Assembly: GCF_030028105.1 (NCBI RefSeq) | Contig: NC_092383.1 | Location: forward strand, 87,687,921 to 87,751,920 | Origin: Mobula birostris | Taxonomy: Eukaryota | Direction of reading: 5' to 3' | DNA: 64,000 nt | In this document: positions 44,101 to 54,850 of the stretch, in pieces | Position numbering within the stretch: the stretch's first letter is position 1 | How the letters are laid out: the number at the start of each line of letters is the position of its first letter | Translations under genes and position numbers: made by a program | The notes under the pieces: generated by a model | What the model saw: only the letters and a program-made list of their open reading frames with translations | Told to the model about the DNA's origin: nothing | Database searches by the model: none

Positions 44101-47100
44101 TTTCAGTGGTTTTTCCAATTTATTCTGCATTGTTATTGCTTTACCTCGTTCTACCTCAATGCACTGTGTACTGATTAGACTTGTATTATGCAAGACAAGT
44201 TTTTAACTGTTTCTTGGTATATGTGGCAATTAAAACCAAGCAAAAAAATATTAAAATGTGCTCTTTTACTTGCAGCTGGAATAACCGGGCCAGAGCAAGT
44301 ATTTGGAACGGTAGGAGAAACGGTCACCATAAGATGCCAGTATCATGCCTATTACAAAAACTATGCAAAGTACTTGTGCAAGGGGTCCAGCTGGAGATCG
44401 TGCAGTGTTATTGCCTGTTCAAGCAACCAGCAGGATGGCACAGACAAAAGAATCACAATTATGGACAACCAAACCACTGCAGAACTTTTCATTACCATGA
44501 CCCAACTAACAATCAGGGACACAGGGCATTACTGGTGTGGTATTACAAGCTTCGGTTTTGACAAAATGGCTGAGTTACACTTGAATATTACAGAAGGTAA
44601 GATGAGCGTTGTGACTGTGAATGAAGTCACCGGAGTCACACTGAAGCTCGTGGACATAGAAGTTTTTATTGAGCAAAACAAGCAGGCATTATACAGGAGA
44701 CATTCTTGGCAGAGGCCTCTTGAACCAACATTAGATCATATTTTACATGTTAAAGAACAAAGGTAACAACAGCAGAATTTCTCTGGTGACAATGCATTCA
44801 TAATGCTTCCTTTGAGTTGCACACAGTTTCAGATACCTAGATCTTCACAACAACACACCCAAAATGAGTGTCATTCTGCGCTGTATTTGGGCATATGCAT
44901 TCATCTCAGTTGAATGGGTGTTTCCTGGTTTGCAATTAACCTCAGTCTGTATCTCCAGGAAGACCATTGTTCTCAACTGCATTTTAAATTCAATCTACAG
45001 TCCACATTCAGATCTGAAGTCTGGGTGCTAATGAAATTAATATTTGCTATATTGCATCACTCCAGAGTACACCCTAACAATAGGGCAGCACTCTAATTTA
45101 GAGAAGGGATTGATTAAATGGTTATAAATAAGCAATACTTGGCTGGCTTACTGCCATTTTTCTAAACAATTGCAAATTTAGATACGCAAACATGAGGAAA
45201 TCTGTAGATGCTGGAATTTCAAGCAACATACATAAAAGTTGCTGGTGAACGCTGAAGGGCAGGCAGCATCTATAGGAAGAGGTACGGTCGACATTTTGGA
45301 CCGACACCCTTCATCAGGACTAACCGAAAGAAGAGCTAGTAAGAGATTTGAAAGTGGGAGGGAGAGGAGGAGATCTTCTTTCAGTTAGTCCTGACGAAGG
45401 GTCTCGGGCTGAAACGTCACTGTACTTCTTCCTATAGATGCTGCCTGGCCTGCTGCATTCACCAGCAACTTTTATGTGTGTTGCTGCAAATTTAGATACC
45501 TATTTTGAGTTAAAATTCAATGTTTTTGGAAGAAACTTCAAGGATTTTTTTTAGCCAGCATGTAAAAGGAAGGGAGGAACTCTGAGAAGTAGAGCTGGAT
45601 ATATGCCTTCTGCACAAGAGCTTTTTTAAAATAAGTAATAACAGCTCTTGGGTGGAGACATGGAGAAAAGTCTCTACCAAAAGCGGTAGAAAGCACTCCT
45701 TCCCTCTGCCAGCCTACAGATCACCCTTGCGCAAGGTGTAGTATCTGCTTAGCCCCCAAATGAGGATCACATGAAGCCATGGTAGCAGGTGGTGGATGGT
45801 CATGCAGGCAGCAGGTACCTATCACAAGTCCTGGTAATGCAACCATTGATGCCCAGGCAGTCAAACTCTAAAGACTATTGATATTGGCTGGGATCACCCA
45901 TCTTGTAAGGACGCTGCCCAGACAAAGGCAAAGGCAAACAACTTATGTACAAAAAATTTGCCAAGAATAATCATACGATACGGCACATAATGAATGAACA
46001 AATTATAGCTCATTTAAATGTACTACTGTCATGTTAAAGGACAAATGTAGAAAGATTGCATTGTTCTCAATTTTACTAATCTGATGTGTGAATTCACGTA
46101 TAATGGTTGGGACTATCTCACTATATTAATTGTAAGAGCACATTGGAACAGTTAGCAAAGCTGCTGCCTTGTTGCTCCAATGACCTGACTTTCATCTTGT
46201 CTCCATGGAGTTTGCACATTTTTCCTACAACTATGTGTGTTTCCTTAGTCTTCTAATATCCCAAAGGTGTACAGGTTTTGTAGATTAATTGGCCACTGTA
46301 TTTATTTGGCAGGTGAGTAACACAATATGGGAGGCAATGGGGTGAGGGAGGACACAGCTGATCAGCAGATGGGAAGGAATAGTGCAATTAGGTGTTTGAT
46401 AGTTGCCGTGGACTCTGTGGTCCTAAAAGACTTGATTCCACAAAGTAACTTTCTAAAACACGATGACTCTGTGAATAGCAGGGAACATTCAGACAGGAGA
46501 TCAAAAGGACAAGCAGGTAGGGCAAGGGGGTGGGGAGGCTCTGTTGGTAAAAAATCAAATCAAATCATTAAAAAAAGGTGACATAGGATCAGAAGGTGTA
46601 GAATCGTTGTGGGTAGAGCTAAGAAAATGCAAGGGTAAAAAGACCCTGATAGGAGTTATAAACAGACCTCTGAACAGTAGTAGTCTACAAATTACAACAA
46701 GAGATAGAAAATGCATGTCAAAAGGGCAATGTTACCATAGTCATGCAAACACGAGGAAACCTGCAGATGCTGGAATTTCAAGCAACACACATAAAAGTTG
46801 CTGGTGAACGCAGCAGGCCAGGCAGCATCTCTAGGAAGAGGAACAGTCGACGTTTTAGGCCGAGACCCTTCGTCAGGAACCTTTGGAAGGATCTCGGCCC
46901 GAACATCAACTGTACCTCTTCCTAGAGATGCTGCCTGGCCTGCTGCGTTCACCAGCAACTTTTATGTGTGTTGTTACCATAGTCATAATGGATTTCAATA
47001 TACAGGTGGATTGGAAAGATCAGGTTGGTGCTGGATCCCAAGGGGGAAATTCGCAGAATAATTATATGATGGCTTCATAGAGCAGCTTGTAATTGAGCCT

Positions 47101-50100
47101 ACTAGTGGATCAGCTATTCTGGATTGGGTGCTGTGCAATGAACTGGAATAGATTAGAGAGCTTAAGGTAAAGGAACCCTTAGGGGCTACTGATCGTAATA
47201 TAATAGAATTCACCCTACAATTAGAGAAGGAGAAGCTGAAGTCAGATCTATCAATATTACAGTGGAGCAAAAGGAATTACAGAAGCATGGGAGAGGAGCT
47301 GGTCAAAATTGATTGGAAGGGAACACTAGCAGGGATGACAGCAGAGCTGCAGAGGACTGGAAAATTGTGAACGTTACTCTACACTTCAAGAAGGGAGAGA
47401 GGCACAAGAAAGAAAATTATAGGCCAGTTACTCTGATCTTGGTGGTTGGGAAGATGTTGGAATTAATTGTTAAGAATGTGGTTTCTGAGTACTTGGGGGC
47501 ACATGATAAAATAGGCGATAGTCAGTATGGTTTCAGTAAGGAAAAATCTTGCCTGACAAATCTGTTGAAATTCTTTGAAGAAATAACAAGCGGGATAGAC
47601 AAAGGAAAATCAGTGGATGTCGTGTGCTTGGATTTTCAGAAGGCCTTTGACAAGGTGTCACGCATGAGGCTGCTTAACAAGTTAAGAGCCCATAGTATTG
47701 CAAGCAAATATCAGCATGGATAGAGCATTAGCTGATTTGCAGGAGGCAAAGTGTGGGAATAAAGAGAGCCTTTTCTGGTTGGTTACCAGTGACTAGTGCT
47801 GTTCCAGAGGGTCTGTGTTGAGTTCGCTTATTTTCATGTTATATGTCAATGATTTGGAAGATGGAATTAATGGTTTTGTGGCCAGATTTGCAGCTGTCAT
47901 GAAGGTAGGTGGAGTGGCAAGTAGTTTTGAAGAAGCATTAGGCTACAGAAGGACTTAGACAGATTAGGAGAGTGGGCAAAGAAGTGGCAGATGGAATACT
48001 GTGTTGGGAAGTGTAAGGTCATGCACTTCGATAGAGGAAATAAAAGGGTAATTTTCTAAATGGCAAGAAAATACAAAAAGAAATTGAGATGCAAAGGGAC
48101 TTAGGAAAGCTCATGCAAGATTCCTTAAATGTTAATTTGCAGGTTGAGTCTGTGGTGAGGGAGGCAAAAGCGATGGTTGCATTCATTTCAAGAGGACCAG
48201 AATGTAAGAGGAAGGATGTAATATTAAGATTTTATAAAGCACTGGTGAGGCCTCACTGGGAGTACTGTCAGCAGTTTTGGGCCAGTTATCTAAGAAAGTG
48301 CTGACATTGGAGAGGGTTCAAAGGAGGTTCACGAAAATGATTCAGAGATTAAAAGACTTATATGAGATGTGTTTGATGGTTCTGAGTCTATACTCACCGG
48401 AGTTCAGAAGAATGAGGGAGGATCTCATTGAAACCTGTCAAATGCTGAAAGGCCTCGATGGATTGAATGTGGAGAGGATGTTTCCTGTGCTGGGAATGTC
48501 TAAAACCAGAGGACGCAGCATTAGAATAGAGGGATGGCCATTTAGAATAGAGATATGGAGGAATTTATTTAGGCATAGAGTGTAGAATCTGTGGAATAAA
48601 TTGCCACAGGCAGCTGTGGAGGTTGAGTCTCTTAAGCCGAAGGGTGGTGAATTTGTGGAATTGGTTGCCACATGCAGCTGTGGAGGCCAGGTCTTTGGGC
48701 ATATTTAAGGCAGGAATTAATAAGTTCTTGACTGGACATGGCATCAAAGGTTACAGGGAGAAGGCCAGGAACTCGGGCTGAGGAGGAGATAGGAAAAAAG
48801 GATCAGCCAGGATTGAATGGCGGAGCAGACTCGATGGGCCAGATGGCCTAATTCTGCTCCTATGTCTTATGGTCTATATTTAAGGCAGGGGTTGATAGAG
48901 TTTTGATTGGTCAGGGCACAAAGTGGTATAGGAGATTGGGGCTGAGAGAAATAGATTAGCCTTGCAGTCTTATGGAGGTAGCATTGTGAGATGGTATGGA
49001 CAGAAAGGCAGGATGAACAATAGGCCACCTCTCTACAACAAAATATTATAATCCTAAACAGAGGGAAGCAGTAAAATATATCCTCAGATTTATGTCCTGT
49101 CTGAGATGAAAGGTGACCTAATTCCACATTAGTTAATGCGTTTTGAGACGGCTAATGTAGGACCCACAGATTCTGCCTAGGTGGGGCAGGAGATGCTTGA
49201 TTGGTCTGGCTAGTATGTAGTTTGGGAGATGTTTATACTCCTATTTATTGTGTACAACAGTCTTCTCCCAAGCAAAGGGACGCAAGGCTCACAGTGCAAT
49301 TTTGAAAGCTCCTCCTCCTTGCTGAACAATCATGAGGCAGAGATTGCACCAGATACAAAACTTTCACAGGTGGATCCGGACAGAATTGTTTCTGTGGTAA
49401 GTGAGTCCAGAACAGAAAGCTCTGCCTCAGAATAGAGGAACGTCCAATTGATCCAATTAGAACAGAGATGAGGAGGAATTTCCAGAGCCAGCGGGTGATG
49501 AATCTGAGGAATTCAATGCCACGGATGGCTGTGGAAGCCACTGTATATATTTAAAACAGAGCTTGATAGGTTCTTGATTAGTCAGGGTGTCAAAGGTTAT
49601 GGGGAGAAGGCAAGAGAATGGGGTTGAGAGGAATAATAAATCAGTCATGATGGAATAGCAGAGCAGACTTGATGGGCCAAATGGCCTAATTTATTAAGAC
49701 AGTCAGAATGTAATTCCTTTCCCACTGTCCGCATGTAGTCTCTTGCTGTGTTGGAGTGTGGAGTAGAATGCCCATTTCAGCAGTTGGTACTGATATATGT
49801 ATCATCTTCCCTGCAATCCCGCAGGAAGTTTGTACACTTGCCAGCAATTTCAGAAAGCAAATAAGAGACAATAATATTGCTATGAGCCTGGGGACACATT
49901 TAAAGGGGAATAGAATTCCTTCCAAAAAAAAGAGTGCCATTGAATTAGATACATTTTTATATATTGGTTTCATGTTAGCATTTTAGCCAGATTTATTAAA
50001 TTCCTATTGTGTTACTGGTATTGGTGCCTGCGGTTCATTAACCAAACTAATAATAGCTTGAATGAATTAATAGTTGAATAAGGACTGGATGAATAGTTGA

Positions 50101-53100
50101 GTAAAATGCTCACCATGTCACTACACTCCAACAGTTTGTCCAATCTCTACCGATTGGACCTGACACTATGGTAGGTCTCACTTTGTCAAAGGAGGAATAT
50201 AAACCCAATCAACCCAAACACAATAAACTTTGTGTGGGTTTCGTCTAGAAGAATATAAAATCAAATTTATAAAGACAAAATGTTATCATTAAATGCGTTA
50301 TGTATCAGTCTGCACATCCAGCACATTATCCTCCACAATATCCAGCATCTGCAGAGGGATCCTACCATTAAACATATCTCTACCTCCCCGTCACTCTGCT
50401 TTTTGTAGGGATTGCTCCCTCCACAATTCACCTGTCTATTCATCCCTCCCCACTAATCTCCCTGCCAGCACTTATCCCTGCAAACTAGCCTCCTTCCCCT
50501 CCCCACACCTTTTTATTCTGGCATCTTTTCCTTCCTTCTCAGTCCTGAATAAGCGTCTTGGCCTGAAATGTCTACTAATAGATGCTGCCTGACCTGCTGA
50601 GTTCCTCCAGCATTTTGTGTGCGTTGCTTTGGATTTCCAGCATCTGCAGACTTTCTAGTGTTTATGCATTACGCTTCTACTGAATATAAAGTTATATAGT
50701 CTGTGAAATACTTACATTGTTATTGTTTTTCCAGCTCTGACAACACTTTCACCTACACTGCCCTATGAAGTTCAGGGAACAGTTCATCCGCCAAGTCAAA
50801 GGTAATGGTAGAATGGAGAACAGCCAGTTAACTGTCACTATCACGGTTTGTGGGTGCAGACAGTGTTGGGTAAACAGTTGGATTCTGGTTTCTGCACCCT
50901 GTAAACATCAGTAGTTTTAGCAGTAGAACTGTGAGGATAAAACTGAGAAAGTTAAAGTCAAAGTCAAGCTTGACATGTATGTACAGGTGCAATGAAAAAC
51001 TTACTTGTGACAACACCACGGACACATCGCATCATATGAGCATACAAAACACCCATAAACTGTACACTATTTTCCAAGACCACAATTAGAAGAAAAATCT
51101 TCATTTTAGTGCACAGTTTTATCAAAGTGTTCATACTGCTGCTGAACTGTAGTGCTTAAGATTGTTCGGGTTAGTTCAAGAACCAAACAGTTGAAGGAAA
51201 GTAGCTGTTCTTAAACCTGCTGGTGTGGAAAGTCTGTATGTGCTGCCTGATAGTAGCTGTGAAAGGATAGCATGGGTCAGATGGTGAAAATGAATCTCAT
51301 TGTACTATGTGTGACATATATGTAGGATACTTTGATAACAAATTTACTTTGAATTTGATGGTGGGAATCTTTCATAGAGGATGTTATATTATTGAAGAAA
51401 AGTAAGAAGCAAGACAATATTGTCACGGATATTCGCTTTCCAGGACCTGAGATGCTTTAGTGTTAAATTCAGCTTTTTAGCACAGCTGCATGACCTTTCC
51501 AAAAGATCAGAGTTGTTGGCGATAACTCATTGGTATGTTCTTCTAGTTTGTAATAACTGCACTTATAACCAAATAACCGTGCACTTGTTTTAGGAAATCC
51601 TTTGTAGTTTGTAATTTGGAAATCTTTTATAAATTGGAAATTTTCTATGAGTGTTAAATTTCTATGAAAACTATTTGTCTGAATTTAAACTGGGGGTATT
51701 CTATAGGCCCCCTGGTAGCAGCAGAGGTACATAGGAGCAGATTGGGAGGCAGATTTTGGAAAGGTACAAAAATAACAGGGTTGTTATCATGGGTGACTAA
51801 CTTCCCTAATATTGATTGGCACCTGATTAGTTCCAAGGGTTTAGATGGGGCAGAGTTTGTTAAGTGTGTCCAGGACGGATTCCTGTCACAGTATGTGGAC
51901 AGGCCGACCAGGGGGAATGCCATACTAGATCTAGTACTAGGTAATGAACCGGGTCAGGTCACAGATCTCTCAGTGGATGAGCATCTGGGGGACAATGACC
52001 ACCGCTCCCTGGCCTTCAGCATTATCATGGAAAAGGATAGAATCAAAGAGGACAGGAAAATTTTTAATTGGGGAAAGGCAAATTATGAGGCTATAAGGCT
52101 AGAACTTGTGGGTGTGAATTGGGATGATGTTTATGCAGGGAATTGTACTATGGACATGTGGTCGATGTTTAGAGATCTCTTGCAGGATATTAGGGATAAA
52201 TTTGTCCCGGTGAGGAAGATAAAGAATGGTAGGGTGAAGGAACCATGGGTGACAAGTGAGGTGGAAAATCTAGTCAGGAGGAAGAAGGCAGCATACATGA
52301 GATTTAGGAAGCAAGGATCAGCTGGGTCTATTGAGCAATATAGGGAAGCAAGAAAGGAGCTTCAGAAGGGGCTGAGAAGAGCAAGAAGGGGGCATGAGAA
52401 GGCCTTGGCGAGTAGGGTAAAGGAAAACCCCAAGGCATTCTTCAATTATGTGAAGAAAAAAAGGATGACAGGAGTAAAGGTAGGACCGATTAGAGATAAA
52501 GGTGGGAAGATGTGCCTGGAGGCTGTGGAAGTGAGCGAGGTCCTCAATGAGTACTTCTCTTCAGTATTCACCAATGAGAGGGAACTTGATGATGATGAGG
52601 ACAATATGAGTGAGGTTGATGTTCTGGAGCATGCTGATATTAAGGGAGAGGAGGTGTTGGAGTTGTTAAAATACATTAGGACAGATAAGTCCCCGGGGCC
52701 TGACGGAATATTCCCCAGGCTGCTCCACGAGGCGAGAGAAGAGATTGCTGAGCCTCTGGCTAGGATCTTTATGTCCTCGTTGTCCACGGGAATGGTACCG
52801 GAGGATTGGAGGGAGGCGAATGTTGTTCCCTTCTTCAAAAAATGTAGTAGGGATAGTCCGGGTAGTTATAGACCAGTGAGCCTTACGTCTGTGGCGGGAA
52901 AGCTGTTGGAAAATATTCTTAGAGATAGGATCTATAGGCATTTAGAGAATCATGGTCTGATCAGGGACAGTCAGCATGGCTTTGTGAAGGGCAGATCGTG
53001 TCTAACAAGCCTGATAGAGTTCTTTGAGGAGGTGACCAGGCATATAGATGAGGGTAGTGCAGTGGATCTATATGCCTTACTAAAATCTATATGGATTTTA

Positions 53101-54676
53101 GTAAGGCATTTGACAAGGTTCCACACGGTAGGCTTATTCAGAAAGTTAGAAGGCATGGGATCCAGGGAAGTTTGGCAGGTGGATTCAGAATTGACTTGCC
53201 TGCAGAAGGCAGAGGGTGGTGGTGGAGGGAGTACATTCAGATTGGAGGATTGTGACTAGTGGTGTCCCACAAGGATCTGTTCTGGGACCTCTACTTTTCA
53301 TGATTTTTATTAACGACCTGGATGTGGGGGTAGAAGGGTTGGTTGGCAAGTTTGCAGACGACACAAAGGTTGGTGGTGTTGTAGATGTGTAGAGGATTGT
53401 CAAAGATTGCAGAGAGACATTGATAGGATGCAGAAGTGGGCTGAGAAGTGGCAGATGGAGTTCAGCCCGGAGAAGTGTGAGGTGGTACACTTTGGAAGGA
53501 CAAACTCCAAGGCAGAGTACAAAGTAAATGGCAGGATACTTGGTAGTGTGGAGGAGCAGAGGGATCTCGGGGTACATGTCCACAGATCCCTGGAAGTTGC
53601 CTCACAGGTGGATAGGGTAATTAAGAAAGCTTATGGGGTGGTAGCTTTCATAAGTCGAGGGATAGAGTTTAAGAGTCACGATGTAATGATGCATCTCTAT
53701 AAAACTCTGGTTAGGCCACACTTGGAGTATTGTGTCCAGTTCTGGTCACCTCACTATAGGAAGGATGTGGAAGCATTGGAAAGGGTACAGAGGAGATTTA
53801 CCAGGATGCTGCCTGGTTTAGAGAATATGCATTATGATCAGAGATTAAGGGAGCTAGGGCTTTACTCTTTGGAGAGAAGGAGGATGAGAGGAGACATGCT
53901 AGAGGTGTACAAGATAATAAGAGGAATTGATAGAGTGGACAGCCAGCGCCCCTTCCCCAGGGCACCACTGCTCAATACAAGAGGACATGGCTTTAAGGTA
54001 GGGGTGGGAAGTTCAAGGGGGATATTAGAGGAAGGTATTTTACTCAGGGAGTGGTTGGTGCGTGGAATGCACTGCCTGAGTCAGTGGTGGAGACAGATAC
54101 ACTAGTGAAGTTTAAGAGACTACTAGACAGGTATATGGAGGAATTTAAGGTGGGGGCTTATATGGGAGGCAGGGTTTGAGGGTCGGCACAACATTGTGGG
54201 CCGAAGGGCCTGTACTGTGCTGTACTATTCTATGAATCTATAAACATATATTGTTAAAAATAAAATATCTGTGTTTATTTGTTAGCTAGAAGTATCTTTT
54301 GCTTGATAGAAAGCAGGACAAACCGCTCAAGCAGTGTGTGTTGGCAGCTGGACCTTTCCATGGAGACTGGATAGAGAAGCAAGTTAGTCACTGTAGAGTA
54401 AGTGAATACAGTATACCCTCCCTATAGTGAGGGTACCAGTAGATATCTATATCAGATAGGGCTTAAAATACTCTTTTGAGTTTAAAGCTTTGCAGACAGG
54501 GAACCCAATACCATCACAATATTATTTAGAGTACAAAAATAAGCTTTGGAGAAACAAACTCTGCAATTTTCTCTCCTATAGTACCACAAATTTATCAGTC
54601 TGTCTGGGAATCATGTTTGGAATTGTGATTATCGCTGCTGTTTTCATCATAAGATATAGAAAATATTCAGCAGTGG
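32130..54676 (+). CDS. Gene 2 (spliced, 3' end unresolved): CD300/pIgR-like receptor; join(32130..32178,44276..44596,50735..50801,54582..>54676)
   Basis: Four exons with GT-AG boundaries and phases 1,1,2,1 give an open frame: leader, Ig-V, stalk, TM. Exon organisation is the same as gene 1. Confidence 0.85.
35660..36155 (+). pseudogene. Penelope-like element RT fragment fused to its terminal repeat
   Basis: ORF 35642 contains [27 protein letters not shown], matching the PLE RT motif (Y.LPKIHK..PGRPIVS). It is followed by a degenerate hammerhead terminal repeat at about 36040. Confidence 0.8.
37200..38960 (-). pseudogene. Decayed CR1-type LINE (-) with a nested CR1 3' fragment (+) at 38152..38477
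   Basis: Minus pieces [18 protein letters not shown] and [10 protein letters not shown]. The nested insert ends in TTCTATGTTTCTATG and is flanked by TGTCAT at 38146-38151 and 38478-38483. Confidence 0.8.
39190..39580 (-). pseudogene. Rex1-like LINE endonuclease fragment
   Basis: [18 protein letters not shown]...[23 protein letters not shown]...STRGPN is homologous to 56980..57387. Confidence 0.7.
39720..41125 (+). pseudogene. CR1-type LINE RT to 3' end, decayed
   Basis: [29 protein letters not shown] and [14 protein letters not shown] motifs with frameshifts. Confidence 0.85.
41735..43130 (-). pseudogene. CR1-type LINE 5' / APE endonuclease region
   Basis: Minus ORFs [18 protein letters not shown]...IVGITESWL and [18 protein letters not shown] match the APE endonuclease of CR1. 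Confidence 0.7.
43595..43720. repeat. Minisatellite, about 24-25 bp unit, about 5 copies
   Basis: caacaggtcaatgtgcatgtgtaga / caacgggtcagtatacatgcataga / cacagatcaatatacatgcataga / cacagatcaatatgcatgcagaga. Confidence 0.75.
44276..44596 (+). CDS. Gene 2 exon 2: V-set Ig domain
   Basis: Acceptor ctcttttacttgcag, donor GTAAG at 44597; 321 nt. Translation [48 protein letters not shown]...[27 protein letters not shown]; N-glycosylation sequons NQT and NIT. Confidence 0.95.
45186..45484. mobile_element. Palindromic Penelope-derived element with two divergent hammerheads and a 15-bp TSD
   Basis: TSD TGCAAATTTAGATAC at 45171-45185 and 45485-45499; hammerhead motifs at 45285..45322 (-) and 45386..45422 (+). 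Confidence 0.85.
45386..45422 (+). ncRNA. Minimal type I hammerhead ribozyme motif with intact core nucleotides
   Basis: TAGTC-CTGACGA-AGGGTCTCGGGCT-GAAAC-GTC-ACTG. CUGANGA, GAAA and the GUC triplet are present; stem I lacks one G and stem II has a G.G mismatch. Confidence 0.65.
46515..48870 (+). pseudogene. CR1-type LINE (APE + RT, internal deletion near 47340), interrupted by a Penelope palindrome
   Basis: [24 protein letters not shown] (APE), then [22 protein letters not shown] and FQKAFDKVS (RT), ending in a 3' tail cctatgtcttatgg. Confidence 0.85.
46745..46971. mobile_element. Young palindromic Penelope-derived element with a 15-bp TSD
   Basis: TSD TGTTACCATAGTCAT at 46730-46744 and 46972-46986; 59-bp perfect inverted repeat at 46783-46841 and 46915-46973. 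Confidence 0.9.
50340..50665 (+). pseudogene. Penelope-like element 3' fragment (post-RT region + terminal repeat)
   Basis: [35 protein letters not shown] resembles the PLE region upstream of the GIY-YIG domain, followed by the shared terminal repeat. Confidence 0.65.
50735..50801 (+). CDS. Gene 2 exon 3: Thr/Pro-rich stalk (A)[21 protein letters not shown](S)
   Basis: Acceptor tattgtttttccag, donor GTAATG at 50802; 67 nt, phase 1-2. Confidence 0.8.
51690..54235 (+). mobile_element. Best-preserved CR1-type LINE, 5'-truncated (APE C-terminus + RT), frameshifted
   Basis: ORF 51664..53259 has [34 protein letters not shown] and [25 protein letters not shown] and FADD (53351-53362) lie in a shifted frame, ORF 53407..54105 gives the C-terminus, and the 3' tail is ttctatgaatctat. 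Confidence 0.92.
54582..54676 (+). CDS. Gene 2 exon 4: transmembrane [31 protein letters not shown]
   Basis: Acceptor ttttctctcctatag, donor GTAAG at 54677; 95 nt, phase 2-1. Shares LG(L/I)(V/M)FGI with the gene 1 TM exon. Confidence 0.88.
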
Positions 54677-54775
54677 GTAAGTTGAACAACTTCAACATTT
54701 CAATTACAAATTAAAGAACAAACTTCCTGTTTTCAATGGGTGAGCTCAAGAGGAAAGCCTGGAATTCTCCCAGAG

Positions 54776-54777
<2 letters not shown>

Positions 54778-54817
<40 letters not shown>

Positions 54818-54850
54818 CCCCCCTCCCCCCCCCCTCTCTCCCCCCCCCCC
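54778..54850. repeat. (CT)n microsatellite followed by C-rich runs
   Basis: About 17 CT units, then poly-C tracts. Confidence 0.9.

Noticed and set aside
44188-44766. 192-aa ORF as a secreted single-exon Ig protein
   Set aside because: A strong acceptor (44275) and donor (44597) delimit the Ig exon, and the flanks are non-conserved intron. A retained-intron soluble isoform cannot be excluded but has no support here.
6104-50665. CRISPR-like or regularly spaced repeat array
   Set aside because: The recurring palindromes are dispersed, variably oriented and irregularly spaced transposon remnants in a eukaryotic genome.
51664-54105. Host reverse transcriptase or a novel defence RT system
   Set aside because: All motifs and the 3' tail match the CR1-type LINE fragments scattered through the window, and the copy is frameshifted and 5'-truncated.
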